Below, piece after piece: positions 17,219 to 28,400 of a stretch of DNA of 64,000 bases. Below the pieces are notes generated by a model. That model did not search any database. It saw only the letters and a program-made list of their open reading frames with translations, and had not been told where the DNA came from. The DNA is from a virus. Taxonomy: Duplodnaviria; Caudoviricetes. Position numbers and translations under genes: made by a program. Numbering within the stretch: the stretch's first letter is position 1; each line of letters opens with the position of its first letter. The stretch spans positions 1 through 64,000 of the IMG/VR virus record IMGVR_UViG_3300048796_000029; one strand, given 5' to 3'.

Positions 17219-17367
17219 AGGGTGGATTACCCAACAGGCATAAACCGGGCGTTGCTCACGTCAGCATCCACGCGGTCGGCCAACCGAGTGTGAAGCTACT
17301 CCACCCACTGAGCGTCATGAACTTCAGCGGACTGGAGATTCTTTTTGGCACAAGCTGGAGGGCTTGA

Positions 17368-18012
17368 ATGGAGCAAGTAAAAGTTACAGGCACGAACCAA
17401 AACAGGGAAGTCAACCCGTGGGATTCCTACGGTGCAGAGATGGAGACCGTCCTCTCACCTGAGATGGCTGCCGCAGTCGCGGAATACGCGGAGCGCCAGT
17501 ACGACTACGATTCAACAAGCAACCAGAACAAAGAGGCACTCGCTGAACAGAAAGAGTACAGCGACGAGGTAGCAAAGCAGTACCAGTGGATCAAGCCGGA
17601 AGAGTACGCAGACTTTGAACAGCGCATCGGGCGCGTCGTGAGTCACGCGGAGTTTATCACACTTCTGCGTAAGGCCCACGTCATCTGCCACTATCGTCAG
17701 CATCCGCATGAAGACAAGGCCGTGCTCTACGTGAGCAAGGATGTCAACTCGGAAGCGGAGAAGGCGTGTTGGGTACAAGTAGGGCAGATGCCCGAACTAT
17801 CCATCATGAACTTCGACGATCACGGCGCACCGCTTGCGGAACGTCGGCGGGGCTGGCGCACATGCCTGCTGCAACTCATACTCACCGGAAGGATCAGTGA
17901 GGCGATGGCGAACATCACGTTCGGCAGGCCGAAGCGGACCGAGGCGTATGCGCGGTACAACAAGACACTGCTGGCGTTCAGGAACGCGGGCAACAGTCTG
18001 CAACTGGATTAG
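17368..18012 (+). CDS. Hypothetical protein
   Basis: GGAGGG RBS; 214 aa. Confidence 0.75.
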   Translation: MEQVKVTGTNQNREVNPWDSYGAEMETVLSPEMAAAVAEYAERQYDYDSTSNQNKEALAEQKEYSDEVAKQYQWIKPEEYADFEQRIGRVVSHAEFITLLRKAHVICHYRQHPHEDKAVLYVSKDVNSEAEKACWVQVGQMPELSIMNFDDHGAPLAERRRGWRTCLLQLILTGRISEAMANITFGRPKRTEAYARYNKTLLAFRNAGNSLQLD

Positions 18013-18043
18013 TTACAAACCCTAAAGGAGGGGGTAGGAAAGC

Positions 18044-18694
18044 ATGAGTGAAGTTGAGAACCTTTTGAGCGGAGCGCCCGCAGCAACAGCGCCCGCCGCA
18101 GCAGCAAAAGCAAAGGTACCAGAGAAGACCAAGGCGGAATTACTCGCTGAAGAGACCGCAGCCATCGCGCTCGAAAACGCGAAGATGGATCGTGAGTTCA
18201 AGCTCCTCGAACTTGAAGAGAAGCGTCTGACCGTGGAAGCGGCCAAGGCCAACCTTCAGGACACCCGTGAGCGTCTCGATGAGCGCCAGTTGAAGCGCGG
18301 CGTACTTGCCTCGCGTAGCAAGACGAACGGTGCGACCATATCTGCACTCGCGGCCAACGCGAAGAAAGTGCAGAATCGTTGCAACCACAAGAAGGGCGGC
18401 AACGGCATCCCCGGATACGTTGGCGGTCAGGGCAATGACTCGAACTACGCAGTCATGAAGCACACGATGTGCTGGGGCGATACATGGATTCGGTGTATGC
18501 GCTGCGGTAAGACATGGAAGCCCCCAGTCGAGAAGTTCTTTGACTCGAAGGAAGAGTATATCAAGGAGTTCGCAGAGTATCAGGCGGCCTTGAATTACCA
18601 GACCAACAACAGCGGATCAAGCTCGTATCAGTTCCGGTACTCCGACAACGGCGCATTTGCCCGCGAAGTCATGCAGCCGTCAACGCTTCGATAA
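18044..18694 (+). CDS. Coiled-coil protein with C-terminal Cys/His cluster
   Basis: CNH...H...CMRC. Confidence 0.75.
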   Translation: MSEVENLLSGAPAATAPAAAAKAKVPEKTKAELLAEETAAIALENAKMDREFKLLELEEKRLTVEAAKANLQDTRERLDERQLKRGVLASRSKTNGATISALAANAKKVQNRCNHKKGGNGIPGYVGGQGNDSNYAVMKHTMCWGDTWIRCMRCGKTWKPPVEKFFDSKEEYIKEFAEYQAALNYQTNNSGSSSYQFRYSDNGAFAREVMQPSTLR

Positions 18695-18699
18695 ACACC

Positions 18700-18736
18700 A
18701 CAGGGTAGTCCTTCGCGGGACTACCCTGTCTTTTTT
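18700..18736 (+). terminator. Intrinsic terminator
   Basis: ACAGGGTAGTCC/GGACTACCCTGT 12-bp stem plus T-tract. Confidence 0.8.
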
Positions 18737-18752
18737 GCATAAAGGGGACCTC

Positions 18753-19868
18753 ATGGCTAACAGTTCAATCACCCTACAAAACGTAATCGACGACGCGAAC
18801 AGTTTGGGTGACGTAGCCCCAGCACTCGCCACTGGCGGTTTCTCTGATGCGCCCGCACTGTCCATCGCCAACGATGTGATGCAGGCTATCATCAACGGCG
18901 GCCCGAACGCGCAACCTTATAATTGGAAATTCAATTCCTTCAATGTTGCACCCTTTTGCACCATCAGCTACCAGTCGGACTACTTCGTGCCCGGCCTCAT
19001 CAACCTCGGATGGATCGAGAACGCTTGGGCCGTGAATATCAATCAGACCTCGGTGCCAAAGCAGAAGCAGTACCTCGAAGCGAAGAAGAACCTTCAGGTC
19101 ACCTACGACCAGACCGGATACCCCGGAAAGATTTGCTGGATGCAGAACAGTAACCTGTTGACCGGAACATGGGGGCAAGCTCCTCTTGGGCCGACAGCAG
19201 GCAACCCGAACGGCAACATCAACGGACTCGGCCCCGGCCTAACAGGGCAGCAGAACCCCGGCCCGAACGTGATCTATACGAACCCCATCGGCATCCTCAA
19301 CCAGCCGACCAACGCGAGTACCTGCATCAAAGACCCGAACGGGAACCTGTGGGCGCTCACGACGTACGGCACATGCGGCGCAACTCAACCGTCGTGGCCT
19401 ACCAACCCGGTATTCCCCACCCTCACCGCGCCGACCACTGTTGCCACCACAGTGACCGATGGCAGCGTTGTGTGGACTGCTATCAACCCGGCAGGGCAGG
19501 GCTTCCGCCTGAACCCCATTCCGCCATCTAACGGCGTCGTGTGGGTCATCACAGTTGTTGCGCAGATGCGGGCCAATCGCTTTGCCAACGTCGCGCAAAC
19601 GCTCGAACCCATCCCCGACGATTACGAGTGGGCATTCAAGCAGGGCTTCTTTGCGCAGTGCTATCGGCGCAACCCTGATCCGAAAATTCGTGCGAAGTTC
19701 ACGATGGAGCAGCAGCTTTGGCTCAAGTCGCTCGACGACGCTGTACGTCAAGCAGACCGTGAGGAAGACGACTTCGGGTTCTACCCCGGCAGTAGTGTGA
19801 TGGAAAGCGGCATCGGCGTCAACCCGATCAACCCTGCGTATCCGTTCGGCGCATGGAACGGCAACTAA
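18753..19868 (+). CDS. Probable head-tail adaptor-like structural protein
   Basis: AAGGGG RBS; position; YNWKF...EPIPDDYEWAF pattern shared with the next gene. Confidence 0.6.
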   Translation: MANSSITLQNVIDDANSLGDVAPALATGGFSDAPALSIANDVMQAIINGGPNAQPYNWKFNSFNVAPFCTISYQSDYFVPGLINLGWIENAWAVNINQTSVPKQKQYLEAKKNLQVTYDQTGYPGKICWMQNSNLLTGTWGQAPLGPTAGNPNGNINGLGPGLTGQQNPGPNVIYTNPIGILNQPTNASTCIKDPNGNLWALTTYGTCGATQPSWPTNPVFPTLTAPTTVATTVTDGSVVWTAINPAGQGFRLNPIPPSNGVVWVITVVAQMRANRFANVAQTLEPIPDDYEWAFKQGFFAQCYRRNPDPKIRAKFTMEQQLWLKSLDDAVRQADREEDDFGFYPGSSVMESGIGVNPINPAYPFGAWNGN

Positions 19869-19877
19869 GGAGATCGC

Positions 19878-20801
19878 ATGGCATCGACAAGCACCAACAC
19901 TTTGCTGGGTACTCAAACCTTCGCAGAGAAGCTCAACTTCGGACGCCGCGCAAACCTCGGCAACTCTTTGGAACCTGCCATCACCTGTGCGAACATGGTG
20001 ATGCAGGCCATCCTTGGGCCGCCGTTCCGCTGGCGCTGGAACCGAGTCATCACAGGGTTCTATACCGTAGCCAACCAGCAGGACTACACCCTCTTCAACT
20101 ACGTCGCATCGACGCCGGTCAAGCTCGGATGGTTCACCGTAGACGACGCTGGCTACGCGCAGAAATGCACTACAGCGGGCAGCACGGGCGCTTCGGCACC
20201 AAGCTGGAACCACACTCCTACCGGAACCACTACGGACGGCGGCGTCACATGGACGAACGCTGGACTCGTTGATCCCGAAGCTGTAGGATCGTACACCTTC
20301 GGGTGGATCGAGAACGCGTCCGTCAAGGACACGTCCACTGTGAAGTGGATGCCGATGACTCCGATGATTGGCTTGGGACTGGACACCACATCTGGACGCC
20401 CCGGCAACATCTCAGCGCAGATCGACGACGGCCAAGGAAACATCACCTTCCGGCTGATGCCGGTTCCTACAGTGGCCGCCCCTGTGAGCATAACGCTTCA
20501 GGAGAAGCCCGGTGTGTTCTCGGCGACTAGCACCGCAGGCATCAATCAAACATGGGCACCGATCCCCGACGAGTATGCACATCTTTACAACTGGGGATTC
20601 CTAAGTCTGATGTGGCTGTTCTCTGACGACCCTCGGTTCCCTACGGCCAACGCTAAGTTCGTGTCGGCTCTACTTTCCGCAAACCACGGATTGACGGAGA
20701 CAGAACGCAACAACTGGCTGAACAACTGGATGGCTCTCACCGGCCAGCCGATTGATAATCAGATCAAGTTGACGCAGGCCAACCAAGCAAGGGGGTCGTA
20801 A
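19878..20801 (+). CDS. Probable head-tail adaptor-like structural protein (paralog-like to preceding gene)
   Basis: FRWRWNR...APIPDEYAHLY; AAGGAG RBS. Confidence 0.6.
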   Translation: MASTSTNTLLGTQTFAEKLNFGRRANLGNSLEPAITCANMVMQAILGPPFRWRWNRVITGFYTVANQQDYTLFNYVASTPVKLGWFTVDDAGYAQKCTTAGSTGASAPSWNHTPTGTTTDGGVTWTNAGLVDPEAVGSYTFGWIENASVKDTSTVKWMPMTPMIGLGLDTTSGRPGNISAQIDDGQGNITFRLMPVPTVAAPVSITLQEKPGVFSATSTAGINQTWAPIPDEYAHLYNWGFLSLMWLFSDDPRFPTANAKFVSALLSANHGLTETERNNWLNNWMALTGQPIDNQIKLTQANQARGS

Positions 20802-21383
20802 ATGCAGGTTCCTTTTCCAATTACGACCTATACGGACATTGAAGGACGCCCTCTTGTCAACGGTTACCTTTTGATTCAGCTTAGTCAAGACGCTTATGTT
20901 TCCCCTACAACTGTTTTGTGTAGCTTGTCTACAGTGAAGGTTCTACTAAATGACTTAGGTGTTATAACAGGTGACTATGAGTTTTGGCCAAACAGTGAGC
21001 TTACACCGCCAAACACCTACTATACCCTTCGGGCTTACTCTTCTGCCGGTCAGTTAGTATTAGGGCCGCTTTATGTGACTGTGAGCGGTATTATTGTATC
21101 TTCTTTGGTTTTGATAGATACAGTATCAGGTAGTCCATACACGGTTTTTATTGCCAACGGACAGCTTATGGTTGCCGCTGGCGGTACAGGTGGGGTAGAC
21201 AGTTTGGTGCTTATCGACACAGCAACTACAGATTTGTTTTCTTTAGTGGTAACTTCAGGAAACTTGACTCTAAATTCTGGAGGCTCAGGTGGAGTTACGG
21301 CTGTAGATTTCATAGACACTATAACCAGTCTTGAATACAGTTTAGTAGTCACTAACGGTAATATGGTTGTGACGGAAGTTTAG
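20802..21383 (+). CDS. Tail-associated hypothetical protein (AT-rich)
   Basis: Abuts previous stop; three LIDT repeats. Confidence 0.65.
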   Translation: MQVPFPITTYTDIEGRPLVNGYLLIQLSQDAYVSPTTVLCSLSTVKVLLNDLGVITGDYEFWPNSELTPPNTYYTLRAYSSAGQLVLGPLYVTVSGIIVSSLVLIDTVSGSPYTVFIANGQLMVAAGGTGGVDSLVLIDTATTDLFSLVVTSGNLTLNSGGSGGVTAVDFIDTITSLEYSLVVTNGNMVVTEV

Positions 21384-21391
21384 GAGAAAAA

Positions 21392-24300
21392 ATGTTCAAT
21401 ATAAAGAGTAAGGTACTTAGCGCAGTGGTACTTGTACTGCTTGCGGCCCCTGCCTTTGTGATGCCTAGCGTGGCGTCGGCTCAGGGCACGGTTGTGTATA
21501 CTACTAACCCCGTGATTGTGTACGGAATAAAATTCAAGGGAACTTATGGTTTTGGAACCACCTATAACTTGAACGATCTTGTAGTTTCCAGTGGCAATAG
21601 TTATGTGTCACTCATCAACAGTAATATAGGAAACACTCCGGCATCTTCACCTAGTGATTGGCAGGCTGTTACATCTGTGTCGAGCGGTGTGTCGAGCTTC
21701 AATACTCGTACAGGAGCGGTTACTCTAACTGCGTCTGATGTTGATGCCGTAGGCGCTATCACGAACAGCACCAGCGGTAACGCGGCTACGGCTACGGCGC
21801 TGGCGGCTACCCCTACACTCTGTTCGACCGGGAACGCTCCCACAGGTGTCCTCGCCAACGGAAATGCTACGGGATGCGCGGCAATTGGCGGCGGTTCCGG
21901 CACAGTAACCGCGGTTTCAGTCACCACAGTAAACGGCGTGTCTGGCACGGTGGCGAACCCCACTACGACTCCGGCGATCAGCCTGACGTTGGGTGCAATC
22001 ACGCCTTCATCTGTCCAGACGACTGGCCCTAATCCAATGGGCGGAACGGCGGGACTCAACGGCCTTGGTGCGGGCACGTTTGGCTCCTCAGCCATTCCTG
22101 CAGGCGTGTCGCAGGTTGCGCCTACCTCAGTGCCGACAGCGTATGCCGAGGTGCTTCCGTCTGCTGTTCCCACGAGTGGTCAGGTGCGGACGGTAACGGC
22201 GGTCAATTCGGTGACGGGTGGGAGTCAGGTGGTGGAAGGATGGGCTACGCCGAGTGGTGGTTCTGCCATCACAGCCCTAACAGGCGACGTGACAGCATCG
22301 GGGCCGGGAAGCGCGGCAGCAACGTTGGCAACGGTCAACGGATCGCCGGGAAGCTGCGGGGACTCTACGCATGTTTGTCAGGTGACGACGAACGGCAAGG
22401 GGTTGACGACAGCGCAGACGGCGGTGGCGATTGCGGGTGGTGCCGGGGCACTCACTGCGAACGTCCTCAATAGCGACGTAGGCACATCGAACTTCATCGC
22501 CACCGGGCCTTCTGAGGGGCTTATCCTCCACGGCGGCTACCCTGAGAAATTGGCTACAAATCTCGGTATTCCGTCAGGCAATTGGAATATCAATGTGCTG
22601 GGATCGGGCAGCGAGCCGGACTGGTTCTCCTGCTCCAATTCTCTCTGCTCTCCAGCGGGAGCGGTCTATCAGAATGGAACTTGGCCGCTGACGTTTCCGT
22701 TGGGTGTGACCGCGCTGACCAAGACGCTAATCTTCGGCGGATTCAACTCAGTTAGTGCATGGTCTGGCTCACCGACGACAGCACAACTCGACTACTTTCG
22801 GGGCCACTGGCTTGCATGGTCGATCCTCTACGGAGTTCCTGATTCGCTGAAGTATACGGCCTCAGCCAACTGCACCACGACAGGCACTTGGGCGTCTGCG
22901 GGTGCTGGATTCCCTTCGGGATCATTGACGAATACCAGCGGGTCAGGAACCTTGACCTGCACTAACTTCAACGCCAACGATGCAGGCATAATTTTTGTCA
23001 AGAAGGTGAGCGATACTGCTACATTCACACTCTCCGTCAACGGGACTCCGGTACTTGACCCATCAACGGCGAGTGCGACGATTCCGACTTCCGCACCCTA
23101 CACCGGGTCACTGGGAGGCACAAGCGACCTCTACGCGCTTGGCACAGGCAACACTCTGCCCGGTGGGTTGGCTACTATCGTCCTTACCGTGACAGCCTCA
23201 AGCGGCGGCAATGCAATAACAGTGGTGGCTCCGTTTGGGCTCACTCCTTTGTCGGACATTACGAACTCGCCGCCCGTGCTAATTGGGTTGGCTCCGTACC
23301 AGTGCAACAATGGCGTCTCGGCTGGTTCTTGTTCTCCGGCTGCAAACCATTCCGACGCTCAGATCAATCAGGCGCGAGTCCAGCAACAGGCGGTAGTGAA
23401 GGAACTCCGGGGCTTGCTCAACGTCGGAATCTTCGACATGAACGCGGCGACGAACGGAGTCAATCCGAACTCGATCACCGATATGGGTTCGGTTGTCCAG
23501 TACACCGTGACGGCGGGCGGCACAGGATTCGGGACTCCGGTGGTCACATTCAACACCACGAATTGCACGATTGCACCGACCGCGACAGGAGCGAACCTGC
23601 CCACGGTTTCGGGCGGATCGTTGGTTGCCTCGACCTACTACGTGACAACAAACGGAGCTTGCACTGGGACGCCGGGAGTCACCATAACAGGCGGGAGCGG
23701 AGCTACAGCGACGGCGGCCTACTCGCAGGACTTCGTTCACCCGAATTACATCTCTGGGCCGAAGGCTGCGTTGCTTGCACAGAACGCATTGAACTCCGCG
23801 CCTACGCTTGCGGACAAATACAACTACTCTCCCACCGCAGCGGCCACGACTCCGGGCGGGGCCAGTGGGTCGATTCAATACAATAACGGTGGGGCGTTCG
23901 GCGGTAGTTCGGCTACTGTGGACGCGCCGGGAAATGTCGTATTGAAAACTTTGGGGCTGCTATCAACAACCGCACCCACATCGCGGGCCAACCCAATATT
24001 CAATCTCAGTTTGGCAAACTCCGTCTATCCATCAATCGTCCAGAATACGGACGGTTCTACTTATACCTTTGGCTATGGGCAACTGAGTTTGCAACTTTTC
24101 GTTACGATGGACGGATTTACCGCGCACAACCAGTATGCCATGTACCTAAATGGCATCCCAAATAGTCCCAGTTCCCCTTCCAACTCGACACAAGTATTCT
24201 CCCCAGACGGCATAATCCAAGGCAATGGGGAGGTGTATGGCTGGAATGTCAACGCAGGGGCGTGGACGGGAACGGGCGGCGGCGCACTCAGTGCTCAGAT

Positions 24301-24985
24301 GGACACGGGGCTGTCTAGAGCCTCTGCTGGCGTCATAGTTGCGGGCAACGGTACACCGGGCGATCATAGCGGAACCTTCACTGCAGATAACCACATCGCC
24401 GGAGTTGCGTATTTACTCTCTCCTACTGGCAAGATCGAGTGGAACGCCGGTGATACCACACTCTCTCGCGCATCCGCTGGAGTTGTCTCCCTTGATACAA
24501 ATACATCGGGCAACGGGCTTGGCTCCCTACTCCTTGCTAACGTCACCGACTCTGCCCTCACCTCTGGCAACTGCGTACAGGCAGGTACGGCGGGAATCCT
24601 TGCCAATGCCGGTCAACCATGTGTCACGCGTACACCCCATTATTGGAGTATTCAGCCTACGCTTTTCGCCACATCTACGATGCTTGGGCCTGCATACATA
24701 GCAGATACAACCAGCGGGAGCGCGTTTTTCTTTGTAGCGCGACTTTCTGGCACTATTTCATGCACAGTTGCCCCATCCGTAAGCATCATGGATTTGGGAA
24801 CATCGCCCACTACTGTATTCGGGAGTGCGACGACCGCATTCACTCAAGGTACGGGAACCTCGGATGGGGTCTTCTTTACTAATAGTCCAACCGGAACCAT
24901 TGTGGCTGGGCACTACTATGGATTGGCCTTTAGCGCGGGAACCTGCGTTACAGCACCAACTATCGACGTGACACTCAACTGGTAA
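21392..24985 (+). CDS. Tail fibre/spike, probable SGNH-hydrolase-like domain
   Basis: 1197 aa, Gly/Thr/Ser-rich; VSSFNTRTGAVTL repeat; ATGPS...GGFNS...QDFVHPN. Confidence 0.65.
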   Translation: MFNIKSKVLSAVVLVLLAAPAFVMPSVASAQGTVVYTTNPVIVYGIKFKGTYGFGTTYNLNDLVVSSGNSYVSLINSNIGNTPASSPSDWQAVTSVSSGVSSFNTRTGAVTLTASDVDAVGAITNSTSGNAATATALAATPTLCSTGNAPTGVLANGNATGCAAIGGGSGTVTAVSVTTVNGVSGTVANPTTTPAISLTLGAITPSSVQTTGPNPMGGTAGLNGLGAGTFGSSAIPAGVSQVAPTSVPTAYAEVLPSAVPTSGQVRTVTAVNSVTGGSQVVEGWATPSGGSAITALTGDVTASGPGSAAATLATVNGSPGSCGDSTHVCQVTTNGKGLTTAQTAVAIAGGAGALTANVLNSDVGTSNFIATGPSEGLILHGGYPEKLATNLGIPSGNWNINVLGSGSEPDWFSCSNSLCSPAGAVYQNGTWPLTFPLGVTALTKTLIFGGFNSVSAWSGSPTTAQLDYFRGHWLAWSILYGVPDSLKYTASANCTTTGTWASAGAGFPSGSLTNTSGSGTLTCTNFNANDAGIIFVKKVSDTATFTLSVNGTPVLDPSTASATIPTSAPYTGSLGGTSDLYALGTGNTLPGGLATIVLTVTASSGGNAITVVAPFGLTPLSDITNSPPVLIGLAPYQCNNGVSAGSCSPAANHSDAQINQARVQQQAVVKELRGLLNVGIFDMNAATNGVNPNSITDMGSVVQYTVTAGGTGFGTPVVTFNTTNCTIAPTATGANLPTVSGGSLVASTYYVTTNGACTGTPGVTITGGSGATATAAYSQDFVHPNYISGPKAALLAQNALNSAPTLADKYNYSPTAAATTPGGASGSIQYNNGGAFGGSSATVDAPGNVVLKTLGLLSTTAPTSRANPIFNLSLANSVYPSIVQNTDGSTYTFGYGQLSLQLFVTMDGFTAHNQYAMYLNGIPNSPSSPSNSTQVFSPDGIIQGNGEVYGWNVNAGAWTGTGGGALSAQMDTGLSRASAGVIVAGNGTPGDHSGTFTADNHIAGVAYLLSPTGKIEWNAGDTTLSRASAGVVSLDTNTSGNGLGSLLLANVTDSALTSGNCVQAGTAGILANAGQPCVTRTPHYWSIQPTLFATSTMLGPAYIADTTSGSAFFFVARLSGTISCTVAPSVSIMDLGTSPTTVFGSATTAFTQGTGTSDGVFFTNSPTGTIVAGHYYGLAFSAGTCVTAPTIDVTLNW

Positions 24986-25174
24986 GGAGCCATCATGCAA
25001 CTCGACAATTACCGCATCTATCAAGTCGCCACCGGCCAACTGCTCTCTCCCTTCATGTCTAAGCATGAGGCGGAACAGGTCAGGCGCGGATTCCGTGCCA
25101 CGACGGCGGGAACCTCTAATCATGAGTTTCCTCCCTCGTGGCCGGGAAGCTCGGGGAGGGAAAGGAAATAAAAT

Positions 25175-25432
25175 ATGAAGTTTGATTTTTTTAGGTCTGC
25201 GTTTAGTGAGCCAGATGGTACAGGCTCTTCTACTCGTTTGATAATTGCGTGCCTTGTTAGCTTTGTGGTCGGCTCTGGGGTCTCAATGGTCACACACATT
25301 CATGGCCCTATTTCAGTTCAGGATTTCAATTCTTTTTTGAGTTCAGCGGGAGTTTTTCTTGCGACCACTTGTGGCCCTTTGTATCTTATAAATAAAGGTT
25401 CTGCGGTTATGAATCAAGAAAAGAAGGGATAG
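25175..25432 (+). CDS. Small two-TM membrane protein (holin-like)
   Basis: Two hydrophobic stretches and a basic C-terminus. Confidence 0.5.
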   Translation: MKFDFFRSAFSEPDGTGSSTRLIIACLVSFVVGSGVSMVTHIHGPISVQDFNSFLSSAGVFLATTCGPLYLINKGSAVMNQEKKG

Positions 25433-25439
25433 TAAAAGT

Positions 25440-28400
25440 ATGCCGAATAGTATTAGTTTGAATGGTGGTCAGGCCCAAAAAGCAACACGTTTCGCCCCTA
25501 TTTACACTGGGCGTTGGAGTTCTGGACTTTGGACTAACCGCAGCCCCCTGCGTGATGCCAACACCACGCGGCTTGTTGAGAAGTTCTATGGCCCTTCAGG
25601 TGACGCACTCATCGCAGGAAGCAACGTCGAGGTCACCAACCGCTTGACGCTTGCTCGTCGTCCGGGCAACTCGGTGTACGACCCAAACTCATGGAACGCG
25701 CCAGACCGCTTCTATTCGTTCCGCATGTTCGGCAACAGCACAGAGAAGATCGACGTGATGGTCGATCAGGCCACAGCGTTGTACTCTCTCTACAACGGAG
25801 TGAGTAGTCTAGTATGGACGAAGAGCACAGGCGCAGGCCAGAGTTACATGCAATCTGTCGGGAACAGCCTGTACTTTGGGAACGGACAGGACAACAAGAA
25901 GTGGCTTCAGAGTCTCCAGATTTGGCAAGCTGGGGCGAAGTGGAACACTCCGTCTACTCCTTACTTCTCGACCTTCTTGATCGACACCAACGGGAACATC
26001 CAGCAACTCACTGGGACGGCCATCCCGATCAGCACGATTCAGGTGACTAGCGCGGTCGTCACTGTCACGTCGTCCGCGACATTGACGAGCGTACTTGCAG
26101 TCGGCGACAACGTGACCTTCCCGACAACGGGCATGACGGCGACCTTCCTCGAAGGTTTGACTGTCGCGGTAACGGGCGTATCCGGCAGCACGTTCACTTT
26201 CAACCTAGCCTACGCGAACTATGGCCCGACCGCAGATACAGGAACCATAGAAACCCTTGATGGCACTCCGGCGTCTGGAGCTACCGTTCCTACGTGGAGC
26301 ACAGTAGTCCCGGCAGCGGGCAATGACTATCAAGGAGGCATTACACTCGACGGTACCGTGCAGTGGACGAACCGTGGCAACCCGATTGAGAACTGGGGCA
26401 TCGCCAACGACGCGAAGGCCATCACCCCGACCGTGGGAACATCCAACGTGTCGTGGCAGGCGAACACCTTCTACTCGTTGCCCGGCGTCATCATCGACTC
26501 GAACGGCAACCTACAGCAGGTTACCGTAGCTGGCACCAGCAGCGCAGGGCCGGTCACGTGGGCAACCTCGGTCGGCAATACCACTGTAGACGGTGGTGTG
26601 CATTGGAAGATGATTCAGACCGCAGCCTCAATGGTCTGGACTCCGCATACCGCATACACTCCAAGCGTGGCGTTGCAGCTAACGTCCGTGGCGAACAACA
26701 GCGGCGGACACACGGTATACACCGGTATCATCACGGGCGGAGCATCGAATGCGTTCTCAGGGACGACCTTCGTCATCTCAGGCTTTACCAATGGGGTGAA
26801 CAACGGCACGTACCTGTGCAGTGCGTCTACAGCGACCACGCTGACGCTCGTGAACGCCTTGGGCACCGTGGAGACCAATCTCGGTAGCGCCACAACGGAG
26901 GGCACCTACATCATCGCCAGTGCAGGCGGAACTAACTGCTTGTTCCAGTTGGCACCAGCCGTGAACCCCACGGTATCTGGCAGCGTTAGCGCGTATCTGT
27001 ACAGCGGCCCTACGTCCGGCCCGGTCGGTTGCTTCATTCTGACCAACCCGACGAGCACTGGCAGCGCACTCGCCAGTACGACTACCGAGAACAGCTTCAG
27101 CTTCGGCGCTACGGCGCTTGGAACTGGCGCTGCAATCCAGTGGAACGTGCTGAACGGCGCGGGAGAGGTCACCAGCACCAATGACCCGTTCCCGGCGTAC
27201 ACTGCCAACTACCAACTCATCATCTTGGGTTCGTTGAACATCCCCGTAGCAGGGCAGTACACGTTCACGAACGTACACCATGACGGTGTGATTTGGGGCA
27301 TAGGCAGCACAGCGACAAAGGTAAGCGGTACACTGGACAACCCCATCGGGCAAACGATCACTGCCGCACAAGGTTACCCAGTCATGAGCGGCACTAACCG
27401 TGGTCTCGGCGGCGGCAGCGAGTGGACGGACACCCTAACGGTGAACTTCCCAACCGCAGGCATTTACCCAATCGAGATCGACTTCTCTTACTGGTATCAC
27501 TCCGGTCTGCAAATGATCTTGACGTGCAACGGGTTCCCGATTGCAAACGGCGCACCTGAGAGTGGTACCAACCCTCCCGCGTGGCCGGTATGGAGCACTT
27601 CGTTCGCACCCAGCTATCCCAAGGTGACCGAGACCAACGGTCAGTTCACATGGATCAACCTTGGCCCTGCAACCGACTTCTCGTGGCTGCCTGAAACAAA
27701 CTTCACGCTGCCGGACACGCCGATCATCGACACCAACGGCTTTACGGAGTACCCGTATCGCACCGGAGTCAGCGGCACGACAGCGCCGACGTTCCAAACT
27801 GGTATCAACCAATTGACGTTGGACAACCCGAACCTGATTTGGATCAATACGGGAACCGCCGCAGTTGCTCCTACCGGCACGTTGAGCACTTTCAACGGAG
27901 GGTGGCAGTACGGTGTGGCGCTGGTCAACACGTTGGATAACACCGTGTCGAACATGTCCCCCTTGTCCGCCGCGACCGGAAACTTCATCGGTGTGAACGG
28001 AATCTCGATACCCGCAGGGGCAGGCTTGCCTCCTCTCGCAGACATCGACCCACAGTCGGACTATGTGGCGATCTTCCGAACGACCGATGGACAAAGCACT
28101 CCGTTCCTGATCCCCGGCGTGAACACGACGTACACACTTCCGCTCTCTGTGTACTTACAGAGCGGATACACCGACACGACGCCGGACACGGGCCTCAACA
28201 ACCTGATCCAAGGCGCAGCCGCAGGCGAGAACACTCCTCCTGCGCTGGGTGCCATCAACCTGACCTACCATCTCAACCGCATCTTTTTCAGCATCGGTAA
28301 CACGGTGTACTGGACGAGCGGGCCGAACACCCCAGTGGGCAACGGCGTGAATGGTGTCTCGCCTCTGAACTACGACAACTTTCCGTCACTGGTGAAGCGT

